64,000 nt of DNA from Melioribacteraceae bacterium (GCA_021739765.1 JAIPBD010000021.1:2453-66452); one strand, 5' to 3'. Shown: positions 47,581 to 57,255, numbered from the stretch's first letter. The notes: a model not told the origin generated them from the sequence alone. Program-made: numbers and translations.

Positions 47581-47965
47581 CGTGAATTACTCCTTCTACT
47601 TCAATTTCAATCAATAAATCGGGTGAGATTAAATTACTTACTTCCACCATTGTTGCAGCCGGTTTAATATTATGAAAAAATTCTTTGTGAGCTTTTCCGG
47701 CTTCCTCCCACAATTCAATATTCGTTACATACATTCGAGTTCTTGTGATGTATTTGAGATCGATTTTTAACTCGTTGAGCGAAGTCTCAATTTTCTGAAA
47801 ACAAAATTTAGCCTGTTTATACAGATCACCCAATCCGATTAGTTCCCCTTCATCGTTAACAGCAGTTGTGCCCGAAACAAAAAATATATTCCCGACCTTT
47901 ACAACTCTCGAATAACCCACCTTTTCTTCCCATTCAGTTCCGGAGGAGAAAATTTCTCTTTTCAT
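47573..47965 (-). CDS. RidA/YjgF-family protein
   Basis: 130 aa; the C-terminal PAATMVEV..LIEIEV pattern is typical of Rid proteins. Confidence 0.75.
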   Translation of the reverse strand: MKREIFSSGTEWEEKVGYSRVVKVGNIFFVSGTTAVNDEGELIGLGDLYKQAKFCFQKIETSLNELKIDLKYITRTRMYVTNIELWEEAGKAHKEFFHNIKPAATMVEVSNLISPDLLIEIEVEGVIHDE

Positions 47966-48388
47966 ATTTCCTCAATTCTTTTATTGAAAAATATAAAATG
48001 TTCCGCGGGTATTTTAGGAAAGATTTAGAGGATTTCAGCTTTGGAAATTTTGTGATGCTCGCTTTCCATGCAAGAACGCAAAGAAAAATTCATGCAATGG
48101 AAAACCAATTCAAATACTATTATAAGAATTCTCATGCGTTGCGGAATCAAACTCGAATGCACCTCGACTTAAATACTAAGGTTTATAAGAAAGGCTTCAT
48201 AGAATTGCGATAATCTTAGAATTATAGTTCAGCTTTTTCAAAAAACATTCACTTTCTTTGAGGTTAACTTTGTGAGCTCTGCGTGTAAGATTTTATTCTC
48301 TCAGTTGATCTTAAAAATAAAATCACGCAAATCGTTTCTCAATTTTCATTTACAAGCCCCTTTGCTTAAATTTGTTGTTTGCTAATTA

Positions 48389-50098
48389 ATGAGTGAATCA
48401 ATGAAACTTAGTTCGTCCTTTGTCCCAACCTTAAAAGAAGTCCCCAACGAAGCTGTTGTTAGCAGCCACATTTTAATGTTACGCGCGGGGTTAATTCGTC
48501 AGCTTTCAGCCGGAATTTATTCGTTCCTTCCGCTTGGATATAGAATTCTGCAAAAAATCACCAATATAGTTCGGGAAGAAATGAACGCAATCGGTGCTCA
48601 GGAGTTTCACCTACCCGCTTTGAATCCGAGGGAATTGTGGGAATCTACAGGAAGAGTTGAGGCGTTTGGCGACATCATGTTTCACGTAAAAAATCGTGAT
48701 TACATTTTAGCTCCTACTCACGAAGAAGTAGTAGCTTACCACGCCAAAGGAGTTTTGAAATCGTATAAAGATTTACCTCAAACCTGGTACCAAATTCAAA
48801 CCAAATTCAGAAATGAAGCGAGACCAAGGAGCGGAGTAATTCGTTCACGACAATTTTTAATGAAAGACGCTTACTCATTTGATTCAACAGAAGAAGGATT
48901 GGATAAATCTTATCTGGCTCAGGACGGAGCTTACCGTGCAATTTTTGATCGATGCAACATTAAATATTTTGTAGTTGGTGCCGCAAGCGGAGCCATGGGC
49001 GGAAGCAAGTCGGAAGAGTTTATGGTGGAATCTGAAGCGGGCGAAGATACGGTCGCTTATTGTGAAGAGAGTGGTTATGCGGCGAATATTGAAGTCGCAC
49101 AATCAATAGTTGATTCCGCACCTCGTTTTGAAAACTCAGAAGAATTAAAAGAGATTTCAACTCCAAATGTAAAATCGATAGATGAGCTTTGTGAATTCTT
49201 AGCAATCGATGAGTCACAAACCGCTAAATCGAGAGTTTACATTTTTGAAGAAGAACCGGTTTTGATTTTGATGCTCGGAAATGAAGAAGTAAACGAATCT
49301 AAATTGGAAGGATTTCTTGGAGGGACAGTTCGACCTGCTCATCCGGAGGAATTACAAAAAATTACGGGAGCGGAAGCGGGATCAATCGGTCCGATCGGAT
49401 TCAAACATCGAATTATCGCTGATCTTCGTTTGAAAGACGCGAACAACCTAATTTCCGGAGCGAATAAGAACGATTTCCACATCGGGGGAATTGATTTCAA
49501 ACGGGATGTTCCGCAGGCAGAATTTACCGATTTAAGAATCGTTCAATCCGGTGAAAAAAGTATTGACGGGAAGGGAGAATTAAAAGTATTCAAAGCAATC
49601 GAACTTGGGCATATTTTTAAACTCGGAACAAAATATTCCGTCGGGATAGGCGCGAATTTCCTTGATGAGAACGGTAAAGAAAATCCAATAATTATGGGAA
49701 GTTACGGGATCGGAATCGAGAGAATTTTGGCTTGTTTTATCGAACAAAATCATGATGAAAACGGGTTGATTTGGAAAAAACCGATTGCCCCTTTTGATGT
49801 CCATTTGCTTGGTCTCAATATGAAAAAAGAGATTGTCGCTGAGACTTGCGAATCCCTTTACAATCAATTAAATGAAGCCGGAATAGAAGTTCTTTATGAT
49901 GATCGAAAAGATGTTCAGGCCGGATTCAAATTTAATGAGGCTGATCTGCTCGGAATGCCAATACAGCTAATTGTTGGCGAAAAATCATTAAAAGAAAATA
50001 TTGTTGAAGTGAAAGTCAGAGCAACAGGAGAAAGATTAAAAGTAAACTTAGATGAAGTCCTTTTGGAAATTCATAGACTGATAAAACATCAAGTTTGA
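48389..50098 (+). CDS. proS: Proline--tRNA ligase (bacterial type with editing insertion)
   Basis: Class II motifs (FRNEARPRSGVIRSRQFLMKDAYSF; GSYGIGIERI). Confidence 0.95.
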   Translation: MSESMKLSSSFVPTLKEVPNEAVVSSHILMLRAGLIRQLSAGIYSFLPLGYRILQKITNIVREEMNAIGAQEFHLPALNPRELWESTGRVEAFGDIMFHVKNRDYILAPTHEEVVAYHAKGVLKSYKDLPQTWYQIQTKFRNEARPRSGVIRSRQFLMKDAYSFDSTEEGLDKSYLAQDGAYRAIFDRCNIKYFVVGAASGAMGGSKSEEFMVESEAGEDTVAYCEESGYAANIEVAQSIVDSAPRFENSEELKEISTPNVKSIDELCEFLAIDESQTAKSRVYIFEEEPVLILMLGNEEVNESKLEGFLGGTVRPAHPEELQKITGAEAGSIGPIGFKHRIIADLRLKDANNLISGANKNDFHIGGIDFKRDVPQAEFTDLRIVQSGEKSIDGKGELKVFKAIELGHIFKLGTKYSVGIGANFLDENGKENPIIMGSYGIGIERILACFIEQNHDENGLIWKKPIAPFDVHLLGLNMKKEIVAETCESLYNQLNEAGIEVLYDDRKDVQAGFKFNEADLLGMPIQLIVGEKSLKENIVEVKVRATGERLKVNLDEVLLEIHRLIKHQV

Positions 50099-50119
50099 TG
50101 TGATTTTTTATCAAAAAAT

Positions 50120-50797
50120 ATGAAATCCACCTTATACATAGTCCCGACACCAATCGGAAATCCGAAAGATATTACATTACGCGCGTTTGAAGTTCTAAAA
50201 TCAGCTGATTTAATAATCTGTGAAGAATACAAACCCGCGAGGCGGTTTTTATCCAACTATGAGATAAAATCCGAACTACTTGCTATGAACGAGCATAATG
50301 AAAAGGATGAGAGAAATGCTATCATTCTGAAAATTCTTGAGTGCAAAAATGTAGCTTTAATTTCGGATTGCGGCACCCCCGTTTTCTCTGATCCCGGTCA
50401 AAAATTACTTGAAACAGCGATTGAATTCGGAATTAATATAATTACTTTACCTGGTCCGAGTTCATTAATGACAGCACTTTCCGGCGCCGGAATTGATGTT
50501 GACCGATTCTATTTTTACGGCTGGCTGCCTCGTGAAAAGGACGAAAGAAAGAGGGAGTTATTAGAACTCAGAAAACGAAAAGAACTGATTGTATTGATGG
50601 ATACACCTTACCGATTGATCAAAATTTTGTCTGAAATTGAATCGTTTTTTGGCAAAAATCGGGAAATTATTCTTGCCTATGAATTAACCAAACCGAAGGA
50701 ATATTTTTATAGGGGTACTGTGTCAAAAATTCATTCCGATGCCCAAAAAATTAACCTAAAGGGTGAGTTTGTTTTGCTTGTCCGAAATGATTTGTAG
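50120..50797 (+). CDS. rsmI: 16S rRNA (cytidine1402-2'-O)-methyltransferase
   Basis: LYIVPTPIGN..DITLRA..ICEEY and SDCGTP motifs of the tetrapyrrole-methylase-fold RsmI. Confidence 0.85.
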   Translation: MKSTLYIVPTPIGNPKDITLRAFEVLKSADLIICEEYKPARRFLSNYEIKSELLAMNEHNEKDERNAIILKILECKNVALISDCGTPVFSDPGQKLLETAIEFGINIITLPGPSSLMTALSGAGIDVDRFYFYGWLPREKDERKRELLELRKRKELIVLMDTPYRLIKILSEIESFFGKNREIILAYELTKPKEYFYRGTVSKIHSDAQKINLKGEFVLLVRNDL

Positions 50798-50902
50798 ATA
50801 TAATTCGCTCTACCAATTGAATTATTGTTTCACTATTTTTGATCAAACAAGAATTGAACTGCTGACTTTTATTCGGCGTTTATAAATAGAAAGGATTATA
50901 AA

Positions 50903-51454
50903 ATGTTAATTGTACAAGATGTTGATTTAACTCCCAATCCCCAAGCCCTTAAATTTGTGATGAACGAAAGGCTTTTAGTGAATGCAACCCGGGATTTTCC
51001 GAACAAAGAGATCGCAGAAAAAGATCCACTCGCAAAAGGATTATTCGAGATCGAAGGAGTTGTCGGGGTTTTCTACATGGATCGATTCATCACTATCGAA
51101 AAACGTCCTGATACGGCGTGGGGTCCCATTCAAAAAGGTTTTGTCACATTCCTAAAATCATTCGATAAGTCAACCATTCCGGTTGAAGAGGATCTTCCGC
51201 AAATGAGCAGTTTGGAAGAATCTGAAATGTTAAAACAAATCAACGATATTTTAGATCAAAGAGTTCGACCTGCCCTTGCCGGTGATGGCGGAGGATTACA
51301 AGTTGTTGATCTCGAAGGCAACATCCTCAAAATACGTTATCAAGGCGCATGTGGAACTTGCCCGAGTTCAATCCGTGGCACATTAGTCGCAATCGAAAAT
51401 TTGTTAAAAAGGGAAGTGAACCCGGCTATTGAAGTAATCTCCGCAGATTTATAG
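50903..51454 (+). CDS. Nfu/NifU-like Fe-S cluster carrier (Nfu_N + NifU C-terminal domain)
   Basis: DGGGLQVVDLEG..ACGTCPSS (CxxC). Confidence 0.85.
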   Translation: MLIVQDVDLTPNPQALKFVMNERLLVNATRDFPNKEIAEKDPLAKGLFEIEGVVGVFYMDRFITIEKRPDTAWGPIQKGFVTFLKSFDKSTIPVEEDLPQMSSLEESEMLKQINDILDQRVRPALAGDGGGLQVVDLEGNILKIRYQGACGTCPSSIRGTLVAIENLLKREVNPAIEVISADL

Positions 51455-51496
51455 TACCGAACTCAGGCTAATTCTTATCATGCCGACGTATTTAAA

Positions 51497-51998
51497 TGAC
51501 TCGTCATCCCGAATTCTTTTCGGGGTCTTCTTGAAGGAATCGTTGAAAGGATGAGCTTGAGATGCTGAACCGAGTTCAGCATGACATAACAAAAAATGGA
51601 CATGTCATCCCGAACTCGTTTCGGGATCTTCTCGATGGAATCGAGGAAATGAGAGGATGAGATGCCGAACCGAGTTCAGCATGACATAACAAAAAAAGGA
51701 CATGTCATCCCGAATTCTTTTCGGGATCTTCTTGAAGGAATCGATGAAATGATGAGGTTGAGATGCTGAACCGAGTTCAGCATGACATAACAAAAAAAGG
51801 ACATGTCATCCCGAACTCGTTTCGGGATCTTCTTGAAGGAATCGAGGAAATGATGAGCTTGAGATGCTGAACCGAGTTCAGCATGACATAACAAAAAATG
51901 GACATGTCATCCCGAACTCGTTTCGGGATCTTCTTGATGGAATCGATGAAATGATGAACTTGAGATGCTGAACCCGAATTGTCGGGACAGCATGACAG
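51497..51998. repeat. Array A: five ~101-bp tandem double-hairpin repeats
   Basis: gtcatccc recurs at 51503, 51604, 51704, 51805 and 51906. Each unit has hairpin 1 (atcccgaa-ctcgt-ttcgggat) and hairpin 2 (atgctgaac-cga-gttcagcat). The last unit has a variant stem. Confidence 0.9.
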
Positions 51999-52072
51999 AG
52001 AAATATAGAACTTCTTATGTCGAACATTATACCTTCCTTTGAGGTTAGCCACAAGTTTACATAACTTGAAGT

Positions 52073-52381
52073 ATGAACAAAACATATTATGTTTATATCA
52101 TAACTAATTACTCCAAAACACTTTACATTGGTGTGACTAATAACCTGGAACGAAGAATAATTGAACATAAAAAAGGTTTGATTGAAGGATTTTCAAAGAA
52201 ATATAATTGCAAGAAATTGGTCTATTTTGAATTCACTGAAAGTATCGAGGACGCAATTCGAAGGGAAAAACAGCTGAAGAATTGGCATCGTCAATGGAAA
52301 ATTAATTTGATAGAGAAAATGAATCCAAATTGGGATGATTTGTTTAAAAATTTTATAGAAAATGATTCAAGTGAATTATGA
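52073..52381 (+). CDS. GIY-YIG nuclease superfamily protein (YhbQ/COG2827-like)
   Basis: YYVYIITN..TLYIGVTNNLERRIIEH...R.EKQLKNW is the canonical GIY-YIG core. 102 aa. Confidence 0.9.
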   Translation: MNKTYYVYIITNYSKTLYIGVTNNLERRIIEHKKGLIEGFSKKYNCKKLVYFEFTESIEDAIRREKQLKNWHRQWKINLIEKMNPNWDDLFKNFIENDSSEL

Positions 52382-52397
52382 GGATGGAAAAAAATCA

Positions 52398-52850
52398 CAT
52401 GTCATCCCGAACTCGTTTCGGGATCTTCTTGAAGGAATCGTTGAAATGATGAACTTGAGATGCTGAACCGAGTTCAGCATGACAAAAAGCCGAAGAGAAT
52501 TTGTCATCCCGAACTCGTTTCGGGATCTTCTTGAAGGAATCGTTGAAATTGAAAGGTTGAGATGCTGAACCGAGTTCAGCATGACAAATCGGGAAATGGT
52601 GGAAATGATGAGGATGAGATGCCGAACTGAACCTGCCCGACGGCAGTCAGGTTCAGCATGACAAAAAGCCGAAGAGAATTTGTCATCCCGAACTCGTTTC
52701 GGGATCTTCTTGAAGGAATCGATGAAATGATGAGCTTGAGCTGCTGAACCGAGTTCAGCATGACAAATCGGGAAATGGTGGAAATGATGAGTTTGAGATG
52801 CCGAACTGAACCTGCCTGACGGCAGTCAGGTTCATCATAACAAATAAAAA
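52398..52850. repeat. Array B: same repeat family, composite ~180-bp higher-order units including a long-hairpin variant
   Basis: gtcatccc at 52401, 52503 and 52682. Variant units carry ctgaacctgcc-cgac-ggcagtcaggttcag between the same tgagat / atgaca flanks. Confidence 0.85.
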
Positions 52851-52879
52851 ATATTGGTGTTACCATCCCTTTCCTGATT

Positions 52880-54244
52880 CTAATTAATTCCAGTCGGTTT
52901 TCGGATTCCATAATCTTGCATTTTCCGGAATAAATGAGTCCGGTCAATTCCTAATACAACCGCACTTTCGATGATTTTCCAATTGTTTTCATCCAATACT
53001 TTTACGATGTATTCTTGTTCAAAATTCTTTTTGGCCTCTTTTAGTGATGAAAAATCACCCGAGTCTTTTGTTGATATTTCACCTCCGAGCGCCGCATAAA
53101 CATCGGAAATATCAATAATTTCAGAGCCGGCAAACACGACCATTTTTTCAACGAGATTTCGTAATTCACGAACATTCCCCGGAAAACTTTGTTTGCTTAT
53201 CACCGCCAAAGCCTGCTGACTAAATGAATGGATTCTTTTGTTGTGGATATCTCTAAAATGTTTGAGAAAGTGACAAGCAAGATCCGGAATGTCTTCTGTT
53301 CGATCTCTTAAAGGCGGAACATGAATATTCACAACATTTAATCTGTGATAAAGATCTTCGCGGAATCTTCCTTCATTCACTTCCTTTTCCAATTCGCGGT
53401 TTGTTGCCGTTATTACCCTTACATTTATATTCATCGGTTTATTTTCGCCGACTACTTGAATTTCCCCTTCTTCAATTACTCTTAGCAATTTTGATTGTAG
53501 TTGAATCGGAAGTTCGCCGATTTCATCGAGGAAAATTGTCCCGCCTTCAGCCGCTCTGAATTTCCCCTTTGAATCAGCGGTGGCACCAGTAAAGGACCCG
53601 CGTTTATGGCCAAATAATTCACTTTCCAACAAGTCGTGAGGCATAGCCGCGCAATTAAGTTTTATATACTCTTTGTCCTTCCTTTTGCTGTGATGATGAA
53701 TCGCCCACGCAACCAATTCCTTTCCGGTACCACTCTCACCGGTAATTAAAATTTTAGCATCAGTTGTACATACCTGAGAAATGCTCTCGCGCAGTTTTTT
53801 AGTGCCTAAACTGGTACCGATTATTCTGTAATTTTTTTCAAGTTCACCAAGTAAAATTACATTCTCCTCTGTGAGACTGTAATTGCGTAGAGCATTATTA
53901 ACAGAAATAATTAATTTTTCAGCCTCAACAGGTTTTTCCAAAAAATCGAAAGCACCAAGTTTAATCGCTTCCATTGCTATCGAAATTGTACTTTGCCCGG
54001 AAATAAAAACCACGGGAATATTGATCTGGTTTTTCCTGAACTCGTTCATTAATTCAATACCATTCATACCCGGCATTTTAACGTCGCTAATCAATAAATC
54101 GTATTTATGCAGGTTACTATACTCAACCGCCTTAATTGGGTTGGATAAATAATCAACGGTGTGGTTCTCATTTTCGAGGGTTTTTTTCAATGATGAAAGA
54201 AAAACTTCATCATCATCAACCACTAAAATTTTGTGACGTATCAT
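52880..54244 (-). CDS. Sigma-54-dependent response regulator (NtrC family)
   Basis: REC domain (ILVVDDD..LISDVKMPGMNG), GESGTGKE, GSFTGA, C-terminal HTH. Confidence 0.9.
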   Translation of the reverse strand: MIRHKILVVDDDEVFLSSLKKTLENENHTVDYLSNPIKAVEYSNLHKYDLLISDVKMPGMNGIELMNEFRKNQINIPVVFISGQSTISIAMEAIKLGAFDFLEKPVEAEKLIISVNNALRNYSLTEENVILLGELEKNYRIIGTSLGTKKLRESISQVCTTDAKILITGESGTGKELVAWAIHHHSKRKDKEYIKLNCAAMPHDLLESELFGHKRGSFTGATADSKGKFRAAEGGTIFLDEIGELPIQLQSKLLRVIEEGEIQVVGENKPMNINVRVITATNRELEKEVNEGRFREDLYHRLNVVNIHVPPLRDRTEDIPDLACHFLKHFRDIHNKRIHSFSQQALAVISKQSFPGNVRELRNLVEKMVVFAGSEIIDISDVYAALGGEISTKDSGDFSSLKEAKKNFEQEYIVKVLDENNWKIIESAVVLGIDRTHLFRKMQDYGIRKPTGIN

Positions 54245-56674
54245 TTAAGTAACAATCTCCAGATAGAAATAAAATTCGGTTAGCCCCTTTTCGGAAATTA
54301 CATTAAGTTTTGAACCATGATCTTCTAATATTTTTTTCGCGATCGCTAAACCCAATCCGGTTCCATCTTGTTTGGTTGTAAAGTAAGGATTAAATATTTT
54401 CTCGATATCTGCATATTTTATGCCAGTTCCGGCATTTTTTACACAAACTTTTAACTTCATCATTTCTTTTGAAACAATTATGTTAATTTCACCTTTGCCT
54501 TTTACAGCGTCAATAGCGTTTTCAGTTAAAACGTGGAGGACTTCTTCAATTTCCGCGACATCAATGTTTACACAGAGATGGGAATAATTATTTTGATAGT
54601 TAAGCTCAATCTCATGATTTAAATAACTTTCAAATTTTCTAAATGATTTTTGAATTACCGAATCCAACAACACCATTTGTTTATTTGGCGGTTGCAGGTT
54701 CGCAAACTTTAGCAGATTGTTGGTGAGATTTTTAATCCGGTCAACTTCATTTTTTACAAGATCAAAATCCTTCCCGATTTCTTCATCTTCTTGATTACGT
54801 TTAGCCAAAGTTTTCCGGATATAATTTAGATTAAGATTGATCGATGAAAGCGGAGTTTTAATTTCATGCGCAACTTTCTGAATTGCATGGGACCAGACTT
54901 GGGAACGTTCCTTTAAAATCGCTTCAGTAAAATTTTCGATATACAAAAATGTGCTATTTAACAGATTAAATCGGTCCTTAAAAACATAAAAACGGACAAG
55001 CAGTCTCAAATTTTCCTCATCTTGCTTTAACTCAATCTCTTTTCGATCTGATGTTAGAGTTGAAATGGAATTTCTCACTATTTCTAAAAGTTGAGGAAAT
55101 TGTTTTACTGCTACGATCAGGTTGCTGTTTCTTTTTACGTTAAATAGAGCCTTAGCGTTAATGTTAGACTCAATTATCCTCAATTTATGGTTAGTAATAA
55201 TTAAATAAGCGTCTTCGCGGTTAAAAGTGTGAAAAAGATAATTCTGATAAAGTTTGGCTCTATCTGCCACAACTAAGAATAGTAGAATAAAATTGGGAAT
55301 TAGAAGAAATGCTATTAATGGAAATTGAATATAATCCCAAAGAACTTTTGGAGTGATTTTGCCGATAGTATATCCCACCAAATCATTTTCTATCCAATAA
55401 ACATCTGAACCCTCTTTTACATAATTAAATACATAGCCGGCATTAAAGTTAAAAATGGGGGCTTCCATGCTTCTAATTATATTCAGATATTTATCGTACC
55501 ATACAATTTTATCGACGTAGCGAATAAAGAAATAGTCGTCTGCTTGAATTACATTCCGTCCATTTTGCAGATCAAGGTCTGCAGTGTATTTGGTTAGTGT
55601 GAAATTATTATCAATCGTCCTCAGAGCATTGTTGATTGGAAGTGGAATATAATCACGAGGATCTTTTTTATCCGAAGTTAGAAATAATGGTTGTGGTGAA
55701 GTATAATTAATTGAAGATATTGTGTCGTTTTGAGGTGTGGTAAGAAGATATTTTTTATTTCCACTACCATTTTTATTTTTTTCTGAGGAACTGTAAGTAA
55801 TTAATGTTTTACCTTTATAATTTAGCAGATTCCAAGAAGTGCACAGCAAAGAATCCGGAAAACCATAATGATAGATTAAATTAAGATCTTTATCCAAATA
55901 AAACATTCTATCTGTCAGATCATTAAATACTGGCATTTGCGGTAAGTTGGTAGTGTTATAAACTGCATTAGTTATATAAAATATTTCACGATCACCATCG
56001 TTGTCAAAGTCGTAAATAGCCACTCTATTAATCGGGGATGCAGTTTCAAATTTCGCTACAATTTCATAGTTCCGAAGATCTATTTTATAAATCCCTCTGG
56101 GATAAATGGAATGACCGGAAGAAATACTTATATAGAAATATTTAGGATTGCGATCAGAATCAAACCCGACACTATGCGGTATGACATCCCATTTGTTGCG
56201 GAGGGCTTCTTCGGGACGTGAAAATATTTTTTTACTAAGAATGATTATACTATCAGCTTTATAGTCAAAAACACTTATATAAATTGAATCAGCGGTTCTG
56301 TGAAGTACAAAAATCTCATCAGAACCATCAGAGTTGATATCCTTAAATTCGATATTTCCCAAATCGAAATAAGTATTATCTATATTAAATTGTTTGCTTC
56401 CAAAATATGGTTTGAAGAGAGGTCCAGCTGCTAAACTCAATACACTTGTATTTCTCCCATTCCGATTAATAGTAACTTTCTGGATTGGTTTGTTTTTTTC
56501 GAATCTGTGAAGAATTGATCCACTTTGATTATTGTATAGGATGTGAGAAACATCAACAATTTTGATACTGCTTTTGGTCAGTTCAAATCCTACATGCAAA
56601 AGAGCAAGTAAAAAAGAAACAACCATTACTAACAAGTAAAGCTGATTTCGTGATTTCAATTTTAAATTCACCAT
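54245..56674 (-). CDS. Sensor histidine kinase with a large extracytoplasmic FG-GAP-like domain
   Basis: TM helix, then a ~430-aa outer domain with DINSDGSDEIFV and YDFDNDGDREIFY Ca-binding-like repeats. A second TM helix, H-box VAHEIKTPLSSI and HATPase_c (GTGLGLAI) follow. Confidence 0.85.
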   Translation of the reverse strand: MVNLKLKSRNQLYLLVMVVSFLLALLHVGFELTKSSIKIVDVSHILYNNQSGSILHRFEKNKPIQKVTINRNGRNTSVLSLAAGPLFKPYFGSKQFNIDNTYFDLGNIEFKDINSDGSDEIFVLHRTADSIYISVFDYKADSIIILSKKIFSRPEEALRNKWDVIPHSVGFDSDRNPKYFYISISSGHSIYPRGIYKIDLRNYEIVAKFETASPINRVAIYDFDNDGDREIFYITNAVYNTTNLPQMPVFNDLTDRMFYLDKDLNLIYHYGFPDSLLCTSWNLLNYKGKTLITYSSSEKNKNGSGNKKYLLTTPQNDTISSINYTSPQPLFLTSDKKDPRDYIPLPINNALRTIDNNFTLTKYTADLDLQNGRNVIQADDYFFIRYVDKIVWYDKYLNIIRSMEAPIFNFNAGYVFNYVKEGSDVYWIENDLVGYTIGKITPKVLWDYIQFPLIAFLLIPNFILLFLVVADRAKLYQNYLFHTFNREDAYLIITNHKLRIIESNINAKALFNVKRNSNLIVAVKQFPQLLEIVRNSISTLTSDRKEIELKQDEENLRLLVRFYVFKDRFNLLNSTFLYIENFTEAILKERSQVWSHAIQKVAHEIKTPLSSINLNLNYIRKTLAKRNQEDEEIGKDFDLVKNEVDRIKNLTNNLLKFANLQPPNKQMVLLDSVIQKSFRKFESYLNHEIELNYQNNYSHLCVNIDVAEIEEVLHVLTENAIDAVKGKGEINIIVSKEMMKLKVCVKNAGTGIKYADIEKIFNPYFTTKQDGTGLGLAIAKKILEDHGSKLNVISEKGLTEFYFYLEIVT

Positions 56675-56761
56675 ATCACATCTCTACATTAAACATACCA
56701 AAAGCCGAAATTCTATTAACTAAATATTAATAGGTAATACCAAAAGAGTAAAATATGTAAG

Positions 56762-56814
56762 ATGTTGTAAAAGTACAACATTAAGAGGAAAGTTATGTTG
56801 TATTTCTGCAACAT
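56762..56814. promoter_or_regulatory. Pair of ATGTTG-N8-CAACAT palindromes (candidate enhancer-binding-protein sites), pair 1
   Basis: atgttgtaaaagtacaacat at 56762-56781 and atgttgtatttctgcaacat at 56795-56814; centres are 33 bp apart. Confidence 0.55.
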
Positions 56815-56862
56815 GGAAAGGAAAACTGACTTAAAATATCAAATAATGAGTAGTTTTTGATT

Positions 56863-56877
56863 GTGGAATACTATTTG
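56863..56877 (+). promoter_or_regulatory. Candidate sigma-54 promoter TGGAAT-N5-TTGA
   Basis: GG and TTG at canonical spacing, about 75-100 bp downstream of palindrome pair 1. Both elements are imperfect. Confidence 0.3.
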
Positions 56878-56884
56878 AGGTAAG

Positions 56885-56950
56885 TGCTAATAGCTCCAAA
56901 GGGCGACTCTCCTATTCAGGCGGCTGGCTATGAGCAGTCGCCTTTTTTAT
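56885..56950 (+). ncRNA. Candidate ~60-nt small RNA ending in an intrinsic terminator
   Basis: ggcgact(ctc)...(gagc)agtcgcc followed by tttttt at 56902-56948. There is no protein-coding gene upstream on this strand. Preceded by the candidate promoter at 56863. Confidence 0.3.
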
Positions 56951-57081
56951 CAAATCCTAATCATAATCACAGACTTCAATCCAAGATATTATTTATTGGC
57001 CCTAATCTGACACAAAAAGCTACAGCTCCGTTATCTAAAAATTGATAAATAATAATAGAAATATAAAAATACAGAAAACAA

Positions 57082-57133
57082 ATATTGCGAAAGCACAACA
57101 TATAAAGAAGCCGACGTTGTAAAAGTACAACAT
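57082..57133. promoter_or_regulatory. Pair of ATGTTG-N8-CAACAT-like palindromes, pair 2
   Basis: atattgcgaaagcacaacat at 57082-57101 and acgttgtaaaagtacaacat at 57114-57133; centres are 32 bp apart. Confidence 0.55.
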
Positions 57134-57208
57134 ATAATAATATGAGTATGTAGAATTAAGTTGGCTAAATGCTAGTAAATACAATGGGAGTTATTATAGT
57201 GAAAGTAT

Positions 57209-57224
57209 TGGTACAGATATTGTT
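57209..57224 (+). promoter_or_regulatory. Candidate sigma-54 promoter TGGTAC-N5-TTGT for the lipoprotein operon
   Basis: tggtacagatattgtt lies about 100 bp downstream of pair 2 and 32 nt upstream of the ATG at 57256. Same geometry as pair 1 and the 56863 promoter. Confidence 0.4.
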
Positions 57225-57255
57225 GTAAAAATAAAGTAAATATTTTGAGGGAGAT

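Noticed and set aside
47866-48213. ORF 47866-48213 (+) of 115 aa, and the nested 71-aa ORF from 47999
   Set aside because: The first part is antisense to the RidA gene and the remainder has no recognisable features. The 420-bp spacer upstream of proS is left unannotated.
51497-52850. Possible CRISPR array (regularly spaced 21-bp palindromic repeat gctgaaccgagttcagc)
   Set aside because: The sequences between the palindromes are themselves conserved from unit to unit, so there are no unique spacers. The period is about 100 bp. No cas genes are present in the window.
51605-52947. Track ORFs translating as MLCHAELGSAS..., MLNSVQHL...SRRSRNEFGMT
   Set aside because: They are read through the tandem hairpin repeats. 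The same peptide strings recur with the repeat period and overlap each other in different frames. These are repeat artefacts.
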